DNA of 64,000 nt from a virus, in IMG/VR virus record IMGVR_UViG_3300033128_000027, positions 185 through 64,184 of that record; one strand, written 5' to 3'. The notes beneath the pieces were generated by a model that was not told the DNA's origin, ran no database searches, and saw nothing but the letters and a program-made list of their open reading frames with translations. Both the position numbers and the translations under genes were made by a program. Within the stretch, counting starts at the first letter, position 1. The number at the start of each line of letters is the position of its first letter. This document shows, piece after piece, positions 19,352 through 29,848 of the stretch.

Positions 19352-20141
19352 ATATAACGAGAAAAAATATGTGGAACATATATTAAAAAATGGCTTTAGT
19401 TCTAAACATATTAATAATGAAATAAGATTATTAGCAATTCATTATAAAGAAAAAGGAATGACTGAAGAAGATCGTGAAAAAGAACTTTATGATTTCTGTG
19501 AGAAAAAAATGCAGTCATTTGATAGAGTTGAATACTTTAAAAAAATTAACTCAGCTTTAAATCATGCGAAAAAATTAGAGAGTAAACTAGTTGAAGTTGA
19601 TGAAATATACATTAATAAAAAAGAATTAAATTACATAGATATATTAGAACTGTCTCACGAATACAAAAGAATAATCTTCACCCTTCTCTCTTTAAATAAG
19701 TTAAATAAAGAAATTCAAAAACAGAGAGATCCTAAGAAATTAAATAATGAACATTACTTCGGTGGTTCAAACAAGAACTATAAAGAATTAATTGATGCTT
19801 CAAAAGTGCCAATGAAAAGCAAAAAAATACATAGTATCATTAGTGAATTAGCCTCATTAGGGATTGTTGAGATACGTGGGAATGGTTTTATTAAGTTGTC
19901 ATTCGTTTATGATTTAGAATATGGAGAAACTGTGATAACTATAAAAGATTATGAAGAGATTGGTTACTATTATGATTTATATAAAGGTACTAATCGAGTT
20001 AAAGAGTGTGAAGAGTGTAAAAAGCCAATTAAAGTAAACGGAAAATATAAAAAATATTGTCTTGCTTGCTCTAAAGAGAAAGAAAAAATTAGAAAGAAAG
20101 TGTGGAAAAAAGTTAACAAAAATAAAGGTAGCGAAGTTTAG
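19344..20141 (+). CDS. Hypothetical protein overlapping yonO, C-terminal Zn ribbon
   Basis: 8-nt overlap; CEECKK...YCLAC. Confidence 0.75.
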   Translation: MYKYNEKKYVEHILKNGFSSKHINNEIRLLAIHYKEKGMTEEDREKELYDFCEKKMQSFDRVEYFKKINSALNHAKKLESKLVEVDEIYINKKELNYIDILELSHEYKRIIFTLLSLNKLNKEIQKQRDPKKLNNEHYFGGSNKNYKELIDASKVPMKSKKIHSIISELASLGIVEIRGNGFIKLSFVYDLEYGETVITIKDYEEIGYYYDLYKGTNRVKECEECKKPIKVNGKYKKYCLACSKEKEKIRKKVWKKVNKNKGSEV

Positions 20142-20237
20142 AAACGCTGAATCCCTTGATATATCTAGGTTTTTAGCATACTAGGTAAAATTGTACTATA
20201 TGAATAGGAATACAATAAAACTATCATTTTATATTTT

Positions 20238-20255
20238 TAAATATAAATAAATTAC
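20238..20255 (+). promoter_or_regulatory. 18-bp repeated motif TAAATATAAATAAATTAC
   Basis: Perfect copy upstream of the phoH/late cluster, next to a TAAAA-N6-TTTTAT palindrome (20216-20232). Confidence 0.65.
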
Positions 20256-20338
20256 ACCAAGGATAGGTAAATAACATCCCCTCACTTCCCTCCTATCCTG
20301 CCATAAGAAATTAAAATACTAAATAAGGGGTTTTATTA

Positions 20339-21055
20339 ATGGGAAACAAATATGGTGACATTCGTTGGAAATGGTTAGCTGAAAAAGGTTTTAATGTTCT
20401 ATCAGATAAACATCAGTACGCTTATATGCAAAGTCTATGGAGTCCCGTTGATATTGTTCATGGATGTTTTTGTAATAGTCCGGCAGGCACAGGAAAAACA
20501 ACATTAGCTGTCTTAGCTGGTATTTATGAAGTTGAAAAAGGAACATATGATAAGTTAATTTACATAAGAAATACTGTTGCAGTTCGTGATCAAGGATTCT
20601 TACCTGGAACAACAGAAGCTAAAGAATCGCCTTTTATGCAACCATTAATTGATGCGATGGATTATGTCCACCCTTCCCTTTTTGAAAAGTGGTCTAATGG
20701 CGAAGAAGGAATTCCGAAAGTTTATGCCATGTCTAGTTCTTACAGCAGAGGTGTAACATTTAAGAACGCATATGTAGTAATTGACGAGAGTCAAAATTTT
20801 GATTTACATGAACTACAAACGCTTTTAACAAGAGTAGATTCTACCTGTAAGGTAGTAGTGATTGGTTCCACACTTCAGGTTGATAACACAAAGCTTAAAA
20901 GATATGGTGGTTTAACGCCATTTGAAGTTTATATGAAACATTTTGAAGGATTTAATGTTACATATCATAAATTGGAAACTAACTATCGTGGAGCGTTCAG
21001 TTTACTAGCTGATCAAGTTTTAGATACTGTAAATAGATTACAAGAGGTAAAATAG
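20339..21055 (+). CDS. phoH: PhoH-family ATPase
   Basis: SPAGTGKT, GFLPG, SRGVTF, VIDESQN, LLTRVD. Confidence 0.92.
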   Translation: MGNKYGDIRWKWLAEKGFNVLSDKHQYAYMQSLWSPVDIVHGCFCNSPAGTGKTTLAVLAGIYEVEKGTYDKLIYIRNTVAVRDQGFLPGTTEAKESPFMQPLIDAMDYVHPSLFEKWSNGEEGIPKVYAMSSSYSRGVTFKNAYVVIDESQNFDLHELQTLLTRVDSTCKVVVIGSTLQVDNTKLKRYGGLTPFEVYMKHFEGFNVTYHKLETNYRGAFSLLADQVLDTVNRLQEVK

Positions 21056-21140
21056 AATTTTAAAACGTAGAACTGTTAATTCTATAGTTTAATAGTAATT
21101 AGACTGTCTTTCTAATTAATTTTTAGAAAGGTGAATTATT

Positions 21141-21975
21141 GTGAATTCTAAAGAAATCATTGAAAAATATAACAGCGGAATAGGAATTTCAACGTTAGTC
21201 AAGAACTACAATGTTTCTCAAAATAAAATTTATCAAATTTTAAATAATAATAACGTATCGATTAGAAATAAAGGTGGACGTAAGACATCTTTGTCTAATC
21301 ATCAAATTACAGAAATCGTAGCTCTATATAATAAAGGATTTTCATTGAGTAAATTAGAAAGTAAATTTAAAATCAGCAAAGAGAGAATTAAGACTATTTT
21401 GAGAGAAAATGGCATTATAGTTAGAGGATATAATACATATAAAAATATACCTGTTGGTAGTAAATATAATAGGTTGACGTTGTTAGAAGAATTGAAAGAG
21501 AGAAAAAACAAGAAAATTCAATGGTTGGTTCAATGTGAATGTGGTAATCAGAAGGTAGTATTAAAACCAGACGTGCTTAGTAATAAGACTAAAAGTTGTG
21601 GATGTTTAAAAAAATGAAGGTCGTTTAGTATACGATGACCGTGTTGAGTTAGTTATGAGAAATTTATTTACCGAATACAAAAACAGTGCCCGAAAAAGAT
21701 TCTATCTTTTTGAACTAGACTTTATAGAGTTTAAACAAATAATTAACAAAAATTGTTACTACTGCAATTCCCCTCATTCATCAATAAGAACTGATGAAAA
21801 GACAGGGGTTAAAGTATCCTACATGGGAATAGATAGAAAGAACAATTCAGAAGGTTATAGTTTAGATAATACTGTTCCTTGTTGTATTACTTGTAACATT
21901 ATGAAAAAAGACATGGATATAGATGTATTTTTAAGCTTAATTGAAAAAATCTTTTTAAATACACAACAAAAATAA
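21141..21975 (+). pseudogene. HNH endonuclease split by a +1 frameshift in an A7 run
   Basis: ORF1 ends SCGCLKK* at A7 (21608-21614); removing one A fuses it to ORF2 with CYYC...GIDRKNN...NTVPCC..CN. Confidence 0.75.
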
Positions 21976-22061
21976 ATTAAATATACAAATTATACTTCTC
22001 CCCTTCTCACTCGATTAGGGGAATATTTTTGTTTAAGGATATAAAAGGAGGAGCTTTACAA

Positions 22062-22268
22062 ATGGCAAAAAAGAAAAATCTAGACACTAAGACAAGTAAT
22101 AGAGTTGGCATTCTTAATATTGATGATTTTACAGTTGTTAATATTGATGAAAAAGATGGTGGAGAATTCACCTATGATTTAAAGGAAATGCTGAAGCAAT
22201 TTGATGGCAGAAAAGTTTCTATTACTGTTTCATATGAAGATGACGCTCCTGTTATTGAGGAGGTCTAA
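22062..22268 (+). CDS. yonK: YonK-family protein
   Basis: GILNIDDFTV...EFTYDLKEMLKQFDGRKVSITV resembles SPbeta YonK; AGGAGG RBS; syntenic. Confidence 0.8.
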   Translation: MAKKKNLDTKTSNRVGILNIDDFTVVNIDEKDGGEFTYDLKEMLKQFDGRKVSITVSYEDDAPVIEEV

Positions 22269-22271
22269 TAG

Positions 22272-23510
22272 ATGACAGAATATAATTTTGATAGATTACA
22301 AGGTGAAACAGACTTCGATCATTTGAAACGTGTAGCAATTGATAAGCTAAACAAGTTACACAATATGGATTGGTTGGATGTTAAGGAAATGTTTAATTTC
22401 CAACACAGTGCTGAATCGCTCCGAAAGTATGCTTCTGGGTGGAAGTTGGAGATGGAAGCTAGAGAAATTGAACAGCTTAATTCTAATGAAGATATTCCTT
22501 ACAAAGAAACTACTGAAATTATGGCTAATGGTTCTCATAAATCTGACAAACTTTTAAGAATGACTTCTGAACAGTCAAAAGATGTTGATTACCTCCTCTC
22601 TGCTCATGGATTTGATAGTGAAGCATGGGAGCTAGTTAATGCTAAGAATAATATTTGGAATGTACATAGTAAGCAAGATGGTGTTCAAACTTTATATTCT
22701 AGTAAAATAACAGTTAAACCAAGGGTTTGTGGATTTGATTATGAGAAATTTCTAGAAAAGGCTAAAAAGGAAATTGTACCTGTACATATTAAAGAGAAAA
22801 CTTCTGATGGTACAGGATTATTAGAAATTCCTTTATTCGATATGCACTTTGGTGTAAATACATATAACGACTATTTAGTTGCGAAGGAAAATATTATCTC
22901 AAAGATTACAAGTAAGAAATGGGATAAGATTTTCTTTATAATTGGGCAAGATCTCTTGCACAATAATGGATTTGACGGTAAAACTTCTAGCGGTACTCCT
23001 ATTGAACAAGTTGATATGGATAAAGCTTGGGAGGATGCATTTAAATTCTATTGTGAGTTAATTAATCTAGCACAAGATAACTCACGAACAGTTGAATGCA
23101 GTTACTCTATTGCTAATCATGATGATTCTATGAGTTGGGCTTTTGTAAAATGTTTAGAAGTTAAATTCCCCGATGTTGAATTTGATACATCTAAGAAAGT
23201 TAGAAAATCATTTCAATGGAATGGAATCTTTATTGGTTATACTCATGGTCATAAAGGTGCTAATAGACTTCATGAAAACTTCCTATCTGATTTCGGTAAG
23301 CAAATGGCAATTGCTGATGTTGTGGAAATACACAGTGGACATCTGCATACTGAAGCAGCTAAGGATAAGTTTGGAGTGTTAGTTAGAACGTTGAGTACCA
23401 AGGGTAAGACAGACGATTGGCATGATTCTAATGGATTCATAGGAGCTCATAAGAGATTTCAATTGTTTGAGTACTCCCCTTCTACCCTCGATGCTATTTA
23501 TTATATTTAA
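22272..23510 (+). CDS. YonJ-like calcineurin-type metallophosphoesterase
   Basis: DMHFG, GQDLLH, ANHD, THGH, SGHLH motifs; follows yonK. Confidence 0.8.
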   Translation: MTEYNFDRLQGETDFDHLKRVAIDKLNKLHNMDWLDVKEMFNFQHSAESLRKYASGWKLEMEAREIEQLNSNEDIPYKETTEIMANGSHKSDKLLRMTSEQSKDVDYLLSAHGFDSEAWELVNAKNNIWNVHSKQDGVQTLYSSKITVKPRVCGFDYEKFLEKAKKEIVPVHIKEKTSDGTGLLEIPLFDMHFGVNTYNDYLVAKENIISKITSKKWDKIFFIIGQDLLHNNGFDGKTSSGTPIEQVDMDKAWEDAFKFYCELINLAQDNSRTVECSYSIANHDDSMSWAFVKCLEVKFPDVEFDTSKKVRKSFQWNGIFIGYTHGHKGANRLHENFLSDFGKQMAIADVVEIHSGHLHTEAAKDKFGVLVRTLSTKGKTDDWHDSNGFIGAHKRFQLFEYSPSTLDAIYYI

Positions 23511-23592
23511 TACTAAAAATAAATTACATAAGGTATGATAGTTTGTTAATAACTATCCGCTTCCTCCCTATTATATTCGTGGAGGTAATGAC

Positions 23593-23850
23593 ATGGAAGA
23601 TTATCCAAATTTAGTATTAATACCAGATAATTCTGAAACATTGGAAGATATAATTGAAGATTTTACTGAAATGATTAGTTATAACCTTAACAAAGGTGTT
23701 TCGGTGAAAGAGTTTTTAGAATTATTTGCAGAAGAAGTTTCCTATTGGTCATTAAAACAATACTTAATTACTTCAGCTAGACAAACACTATCTAATTTAG
23801 AAGAAGTTTGTCAGTTTGAAAATGACTTTTTAGAAGACTTAGACGAATAG
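23593..23850 (+). CDS. Acidic hypothetical protein (85 aa)
   Basis: GGAGG RBS; ORF track. Confidence 0.7.
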   Translation: MEDYPNLVLIPDNSETLEDIIEDFTEMISYNLNKGVSVKEFLELFAEEVSYWSLKQYLITSARQTLSNLEEVCQFENDFLEDLDE

Positions 23851-23897
23851 TTTAAAATTAAGGTTTTATTTTGACTTATACATACTTTATTCCCAAG

Positions 23898-23928
23898 GTC
23901 GAGGAGATTAATTTCTCCTCGGCTTTTT
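23898..23928 (+). terminator. Intrinsic terminator
   Basis: GTCGAGGAGA-TTAATT-TCTCCTCGGC then T run. Confidence 0.75.
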
Positions 23929-24066
23929 AATTTAATCCATTCCCAGTGAACATTTGCTGAGTATTTTTTTTTGGGTGTGCTTACACCTTCTTCTCCTTTT
24001 ATTGCTCGTTTAAGTGCTTTCTTGAAATGGATTAACTCTGGATTATTTTAGAAAGGAGATACAAGA

Positions 24067-25011
24067 ATGGCTACTAAGAAAGATCCAAATAAGTATTTAC
24101 GCTGTATGTCATGTGATAATGAAAAAATTAAAGAAACTAGTTTCTATAATACTAAGAATAAGCTATATGAGAAAATCGGGAAACTACCTATTTGTAAAGC
24201 TTGTTTGAAAAGTACTGTAAATTATGATGATATGGAAAGCATTTATTCGATATTAAGACAATTTGACATCATGTTTGATGTAACACATTGGGAGTCTGCT
24301 GAAAACAGTAAAACTGATACTTTTGCAACATATATGAGAATGGCTAATTCTCTTTCCAATTTCGATGGAAAAGGATGGAAACACAGTACATTTAACAACA
24401 CTCCTTCATCTTCTAATACAAAAATTACTGATTCACAAGAACTTTCACAAGATGAAGTTAATGAAAATATCGATATTGAACATTTGGAATATCTAAAAGA
24501 AAAGTATGGCTATGGATATCCTGATGACGAGTATTTCTTATTTGAAAAGAAATTCAACCAATTAAAACCGAGCTTCCAGTTAGTTACTACAATGCATGAA
24601 GAATGCTTAAGGGAATATTGTGTAAACAAAGTTAAGGAAACTTTAGCTAAAGCTAGAGGAGACTTCAAAGAAGCTAAAGATTGGGCTGCAATGGCTAAAG
24701 ATACTGCCGAAGCAGGTAAATTAAAACCTTCTCAAATGAGCAAAGCTGATTTATCACAAGGATTAGATGGTTTTGGACAGCTTGCGAGAATGGTCGAAGA
24801 GAAAGTTGACATTATACCAGTTTTACCCAAATTCACGTCACAGCCTAAAGATAAGCCAGATATTGTGTTATGGTGCTATATAAATTATGTTCGTGATTTA
24901 AAGGGGTTAGCAGAAGCAGATTATAAAGATATTTATGAATTTTACGAGATTAGAAGAAAAGATTACGAAAAACAAGAGTTAGATAGCGATCCTTCTATGA
25001 GGGAGGAATAA
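24067..25011 (+). CDS. Putative terminase small subunit (YonG position)
   Basis: Directly upstream of terminase large subunit; N-terminal CxxC...CxxC. Confidence 0.6.
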   Translation: MATKKDPNKYLRCMSCDNEKIKETSFYNTKNKLYEKIGKLPICKACLKSTVNYDDMESIYSILRQFDIMFDVTHWESAENSKTDTFATYMRMANSLSNFDGKGWKHSTFNNTPSSSNTKITDSQELSQDEVNENIDIEHLEYLKEKYGYGYPDDEYFLFEKKFNQLKPSFQLVTTMHEECLREYCVNKVKETLAKARGDFKEAKDWAAMAKDTAEAGKLKPSQMSKADLSQGLDGFGQLARMVEEKVDIIPVLPKFTSQPKDKPDIVLWCYINYVRDLKGLAEADYKDIYEFYEIRRKDYEKQELDSDPSMREE

Positions 25012-25013
25012 CT

Positions 25014-26795
25014 GTGTCTAACTATAAAAATTTCCAAAATGATAATTTTAAATATACGAAATCAAGTTCTAGACTTGATGATAACCCTAACTTTAACTCC
25101 CCTGTTCAACCAAATGAATATAAAATGGACTCATTTGAAAGAAATTTAGATAAATGGGTAGAGTTTGTTCAATGGTCAAGATGGTTCCCTGATTTATGGT
25201 ATGACTTAATAAAGCCTGAAAAAGGCGGAATGAGGCTAGATTTAGACCAGAGAGTGTTCCTACGTGCAATGAGTAGATTTGTTAGTACCTATGGAGTGTT
25301 CCCCCGTGGGTTTGGAAAAACTATGTTGGAATTAATGTCTATATATCACACATGTATATGGTTTCCTGATATTACAATTGCTATGTCAGCTCAAACAAAA
25401 GAGAATGCCGCATCAATTAGTGAAGAAAAACACAATGAAATAATGAAGTGGTTTCCATTGATGAAAAACGAGCTAGCTAAATCGCCTAGTTTCACAAAGG
25501 ATAGCGTTGAAGTTATTTTTAAATCAGGCGGTACTTATTCAATACTAGCAAATGCTCAATCTACAAAAGGACAGCGTAAAAGAAGATTAAACGTGGAAGA
25601 ATCAGCATTATTAAATAACGAATTATTCAAAGATGTATTGGAACCAGTTGTGAACGTACCAAGAAGGACTATCGGCGCTTTATCCGCCGTCAATCCATAT
25701 GAATTAAATGGAATGATTAATTATTTAACAACTTCTGGATATCGTGGATCTGATGAATTTAACAGAATATTAAATATGTTGGATGAAATGGCTGATTTGA
25801 AAGGTAAAATTGTCTTAGGGGCAAGTTGGGAGCTGCCTTGTCATTTCGGACGTGGGGAAACAAGAACTCAAATTCTAGCTAAAAAGAAAGATCCTACTAC
25901 TTCTGCCACTGCATTTGCCATGAACTATGAATCTAAATGGGTCGGAGCTACCGATGGAGCATTAATTAATATATCAAAGCTATTAAAAATTAGAACTTTA
26001 AAAAAAGCTGAGTTATTTTGTCCTAAAGATAAAAAAGGTAACTACGAGTTGAATGAATATATATTTGGCATTGACGTAGCACGAAGTAACTCCCAAAGTA
26101 ATAATAAAACTGCTATTGTAGTTTTGAAGATAATTAGAAGTAACAATGGAGTAATTAGACAAATTCAACTAGTAAATATTATAGAACCACCAAATGGACT
26201 TAGTTTTAAAGAACAAAGTATTATAGTTAAACGGTTGTTTTATAATTACGGTGGAAATTTGGATTTATCAAAATCTAGAGTTAAAGCAATAGTTATTGAT
26301 GGAAACGTAATTGGTAAAGGGTTAATTGATAGACTCTTAGAAGAAGTGACCGATACTGAAACAAATGAAGAACTTGGTTGCTTTGCTACTATCAATACTG
26401 ATCAAAAACCTGATGTACCTACTGCGCCAAAAGTAATTTATGATTTAACTGCACAAGGAATAAACGGTGATATAATCCGAGCATTTATTGATTATGTTGA
26501 AACTGAAAAGTTAAAAATGTTAAAGGTGTATGATGATATTAAGAACAAATCCACCTCTACTCAAGCTGATACAGATGAAGAAAGAGCGCATATACACACT
26601 CAATATTTAATAGATGAAGTTTCGAATTTAAAACTTAAATCCACTCAAAAATCCATAACTGTTGAACAGGTTCAAAAAAAGATAGACAAAGATAGATATT
26701 CTGCATTGGCGTATGCATTATATTACATATTCCTATTTTTAGAACGGGAAGAAGTTGTTGAGTATGATTCTGATGACGAAATAGTATACTTCTAA
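25014..26795 (+). CDS. yonF: Terminase large subunit
   Basis: FPRGFGKT Walker A, LNVEES Walker B, FGIDVAR and KDRYSAL nuclease motifs. Confidence 0.92.
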   Translation: MSNYKNFQNDNFKYTKSSSRLDDNPNFNSPVQPNEYKMDSFERNLDKWVEFVQWSRWFPDLWYDLIKPEKGGMRLDLDQRVFLRAMSRFVSTYGVFPRGFGKTMLELMSIYHTCIWFPDITIAMSAQTKENAASISEEKHNEIMKWFPLMKNELAKSPSFTKDSVEVIFKSGGTYSILANAQSTKGQRKRRLNVEESALLNNELFKDVLEPVVNVPRRTIGALSAVNPYELNGMINYLTTSGYRGSDEFNRILNMLDEMADLKGKIVLGASWELPCHFGRGETRTQILAKKKDPTTSATAFAMNYESKWVGATDGALINISKLLKIRTLKKAELFCPKDKKGNYELNEYIFGIDVARSNSQSNNKTAIVVLKIIRSNNGVIRQIQLVNIIEPPNGLSFKEQSIIVKRLFYNYGGNLDLSKSRVKAIVIDGNVIGKGLIDRLLEEVTDTETNEELGCFATINTDQKPDVPTAPKVIYDLTAQGINGDIIRAFIDYVETEKLKMLKVYDDIKNKSTSTQADTDEERAHIHTQYLIDEVSNLKLKSTQKSITVEQVQKKIDKDRYSALAYALYYIFLFLEREEVVEYDSDDEIVYF

Positions 26796-26831
26796 TATAA
26801 AATAAATAACAAAAAAGTTAGGAGGTGTAAG

Positions 26832-28355
26832 ATGACTGAGCAACTTATTAAAGAAATAGATATTGAATCGGAAGAATACAAAAGAGCCTTTAATGACTAT
26901 TCAGAATATGTGGGTACTTATATGGAAGGATTTGTAGCAAATTTATTTTCTAATGGGATAGTAACAGAAATCGGGGCAGATAAATTAAAAGAATACTTTT
27001 CAAACCCAGATAAATTCCAAAAAGAAATTGAAGATTTAGCCCAATATTATTACATTACTACTGCAGAAACGCATCAACTATTTGAGCTAGTTGAATCTTT
27101 ACCGACATTGAATTATAAATTAGACTCTTTCGATAAACCGAAAAACAACGACAAACACATATCTACTTTAAATAAGATACTACATAAAGTTAAACATAAA
27201 AAACTAACAAGAGACTTATTGAAACAGACAACTGCTGCAGGAACACTAGTCGGCATGTGGATTGGTGATAAATCAAAACCACACCCTTATATTTTTGATG
27301 AAATGAAGTATGTCTTCCCTGCGTATAGACAAAACGGCGATTGGTTATGCGTAATTGACATGGGTTGGTTTAGTGAAATGACAGATTTTAATCGCAACAT
27401 TCAATTTAGAAACCTATCCCCTTTCGTGACTAAATCTGATTATGATAAATACTTAGAAAATCCTATTGATTACCAATATAAAGATTTACCTCAAGATAGA
27501 ACTTTTACATTGAGAACTGGTACTTTAAAAAGAAACCAAAGTTTAGGAACTTCCTGGATTACTCCGGGATTATATGATGTTTTACATAAAAAGAAATTAA
27601 AAGATGTTGAAAGTTCTATAGCTAATAAAATTATTAATGCTGTAGCAGTATTAACTGTTGGTAGTGAAAAAAATCCTGAATATGCCAATATGAAATTAAA
27701 CCCAAAACTTAAAAAGAAAATCCATTCCGGAGTTAAAGCAGCGTTAGAGAAGAATCAACAAAACGGTGTTACAGTTGTAACGATACCTGAATATGCGGAT
27801 TTAACCTTCCCAGATGTTAAAGCAGATGGATTGGACGGCGATAAATTTGAACATATCAACAATGATATTCAGGCTGGCTATGGTATTTCTGGAGCGATAC
27901 TTAATGGTAATACAGGAAATTACTCTACTGCTAAATTGAACTTAGATACAATTTATAAGAGACTAGGCGTATTACTTGAAGATATTGAACAAGAAGTTTA
28001 TCAAAAATTGTTTAATTTAGTTCTCCCCTCCTCTCAATCAGATAATTATTATCTCGTTTATGACAAAGAAACTCCGTTGACACTAAAAGAAAAATTAGAT
28101 GTATTGATCAAACTTAATGATAAAGGTTGGTCTATTAAGCATGTTGTTGATCATTTGGCTGGCGTTTCATGGGAATCTTATCTTGAACAAACATTGTACG
28201 AGACTGAGGAACTTAAGTTACAAACTAAAATTAAACCTTATCAATCGACATATACAATGTCTGATAGTAACGGGGGTGCTCCTTCTGTTGAAGATCCGAC
28301 AAACGAAAACACTATTCAATCTAAAACTATAGATGGGAACAACTCCCCTACTTAG
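26832..28355 (+). CDS. yonE: Portal protein
   Basis: 507 aa after TerL; GISGAILNG..NYSTAKLN portal-like motif; SPbeta synteny. Confidence 0.8.
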   Translation: MTEQLIKEIDIESEEYKRAFNDYSEYVGTYMEGFVANLFSNGIVTEIGADKLKEYFSNPDKFQKEIEDLAQYYYITTAETHQLFELVESLPTLNYKLDSFDKPKNNDKHISTLNKILHKVKHKKLTRDLLKQTTAAGTLVGMWIGDKSKPHPYIFDEMKYVFPAYRQNGDWLCVIDMGWFSEMTDFNRNIQFRNLSPFVTKSDYDKYLENPIDYQYKDLPQDRTFTLRTGTLKRNQSLGTSWITPGLYDVLHKKKLKDVESSIANKIINAVAVLTVGSEKNPEYANMKLNPKLKKKIHSGVKAALEKNQQNGVTVVTIPEYADLTFPDVKADGLDGDKFEHINNDIQAGYGISGAILNGNTGNYSTAKLNLDTIYKRLGVLLEDIEQEVYQKLFNLVLPSSQSDNYYLVYDKETPLTLKEKLDVLIKLNDKGWSIKHVVDHLAGVSWESYLEQTLYETEELKLQTKIKPYQSTYTMSDSNGGAPSVEDPTNENTIQSKTIDGNNSPT

Positions 28356-28384
28356 TTATTTTCTCTCTTTAAGGAGGTGAGATA

Positions 28385-29815
28385 TTGGAAAAAAAGAGAG
28401 CATTATTTGATATTAAATTAAATTCTATCCAGGATACTGATAATCCGACTAAAAAAGAAGTCGAGTTTATACTACATGATTTCGAAGTTAGTCATAATAA
28501 TTCAATAATCTCAAAAGAGACTGCATTAAAGACCTTACATACTTTAAAAGATATGCCTATTGTTTGTAAATATCATCCAGTTTCAGTTAGTGGTGCAGAT
28601 GATGATGCTCTTGGCTCTCATGAACTTTATTTGGATCAAGACAGAAAATCTGGTGACACCATATTAGGATTGGATACAGTACCTATAGGAGTTTTTACTG
28701 AAGATGGTTACATATCGACTATTCTTGATGAAAATGGTCAAGAAAAAGAAGTTGTAATTGGTAAAGGAATATTATGGGCTTCTAGATTCCCTAATGTCAT
28801 TGGTTTACTAAAAGAATGGAACGATAGTGGAATTGATGTAGTTTCAAGTATGGAGATTCTATATGATAGTTACTTGTTTAAAGATGGAGTTGAAGAAATC
28901 CTTTCATATGTGTATGAAGGACACTGTATTTTGAACTCTGAAGAACGTGGTAATCATCAAAAAGTCTACCCTGCTTATGACGTTTCTAAGATAACAAAAT
29001 TAGTTGCTCAAGCAGTTAATCAAGAAAATATTGATAAACAATTGAACGACAAGGAGGTTAATAAAGTGGAAAAATTTAAGAAAGTGTTTGAATTATCGCA
29101 TAGTGATATACGATCAAAATTATATGCTAAATTGGATGCCACACTTGGCGAAAATGAAGATTCGTGGATTTCAGATGTATACGAAACTTACTTTATTGTG
29201 AATTTATATAGTTGGTCTGAAGAAAATTCGTATGATAAACACTTTAAGTTAAACTATACAAAATCAGAAAATGATGTTGAAATTGATTTTGATTCAAAAG
29301 TGGAAGTATTTCTAACTCGGAACTGGGAAGAGATTGTTCCTGAATCTGTTCAATCTCAACTCAACGAGAAAGATCGGACTATTACTGAGTTACAAACACA
29401 AGTTAATAGTTTAACAGAAACGAAAAATGATATTGAAAACAAATTCAATAGTGCTTCTGAAAAGGTTGTTGAACTAACTACTAAAGTTTCTGAATTAGAA
29501 CCTTTCAAGACTCAATTTGAAGCGAAACAAAATGAGGAAAAACTTAATGAGAAGAAAGAATTCTACTCTAAGAAATTTGAAGCATTGAAAGCAAGTGATA
29601 CATTTGCTTCAGATGAAGTTCAAGAACTATTAAATAAATCTATCTACGAAAATGAAGATGGTAAACAAGCAATCTTACAGTTAAACAGTATTTTAGTAGA
29701 TTTAGTAGTATTTGAACAAGCTAAACCAGAGGAAAGTATTATCAGAGAAGTTTCTAGTAAGAGAGAAAACCTCATTCCTGCTAGTGATGACTTTGATAGT
29801 AGATATTCAAAATAA
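28385..29815 (+). CDS. yonD: Prohead protease/scaffold protein
   Basis: N-terminal protease-like region (SSMEI), C-terminal coiled coil; between portal and capsid genes. Confidence 0.72.
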   Translation: MEKKRALFDIKLNSIQDTDNPTKKEVEFILHDFEVSHNNSIISKETALKTLHTLKDMPIVCKYHPVSVSGADDDALGSHELYLDQDRKSGDTILGLDTVPIGVFTEDGYISTILDENGQEKEVVIGKGILWASRFPNVIGLLKEWNDSGIDVVSSMEILYDSYLFKDGVEEILSYVYEGHCILNSEERGNHQKVYPAYDVSKITKLVAQAVNQENIDKQLNDKEVNKVEKFKKVFELSHSDIRSKLYAKLDATLGENEDSWISDVYETYFIVNLYSWSEENSYDKHFKLNYTKSENDVEIDFDSKVEVFLTRNWEEIVPESVQSQLNEKDRTITELQTQVNSLTETKNDIENKFNSASEKVVELTTKVSELEPFKTQFEAKQNEEKLNEKKEFYSKKFEALKASDTFASDEVQELLNKSIYENEDGKQAILQLNSILVDLVVFEQAKPEESIIREVSSKRENLIPASDDFDSRYSK

Positions 29816-29848
29816 AACAATTAAATTACAAATTGGAGGAATAAAACA

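Noticed and set aside
21604-21617. T TTA AAA as a -1 slippery site
   Set aside because: The downstream HNH half lies in the +1 frame, so a -1 shift does not join them
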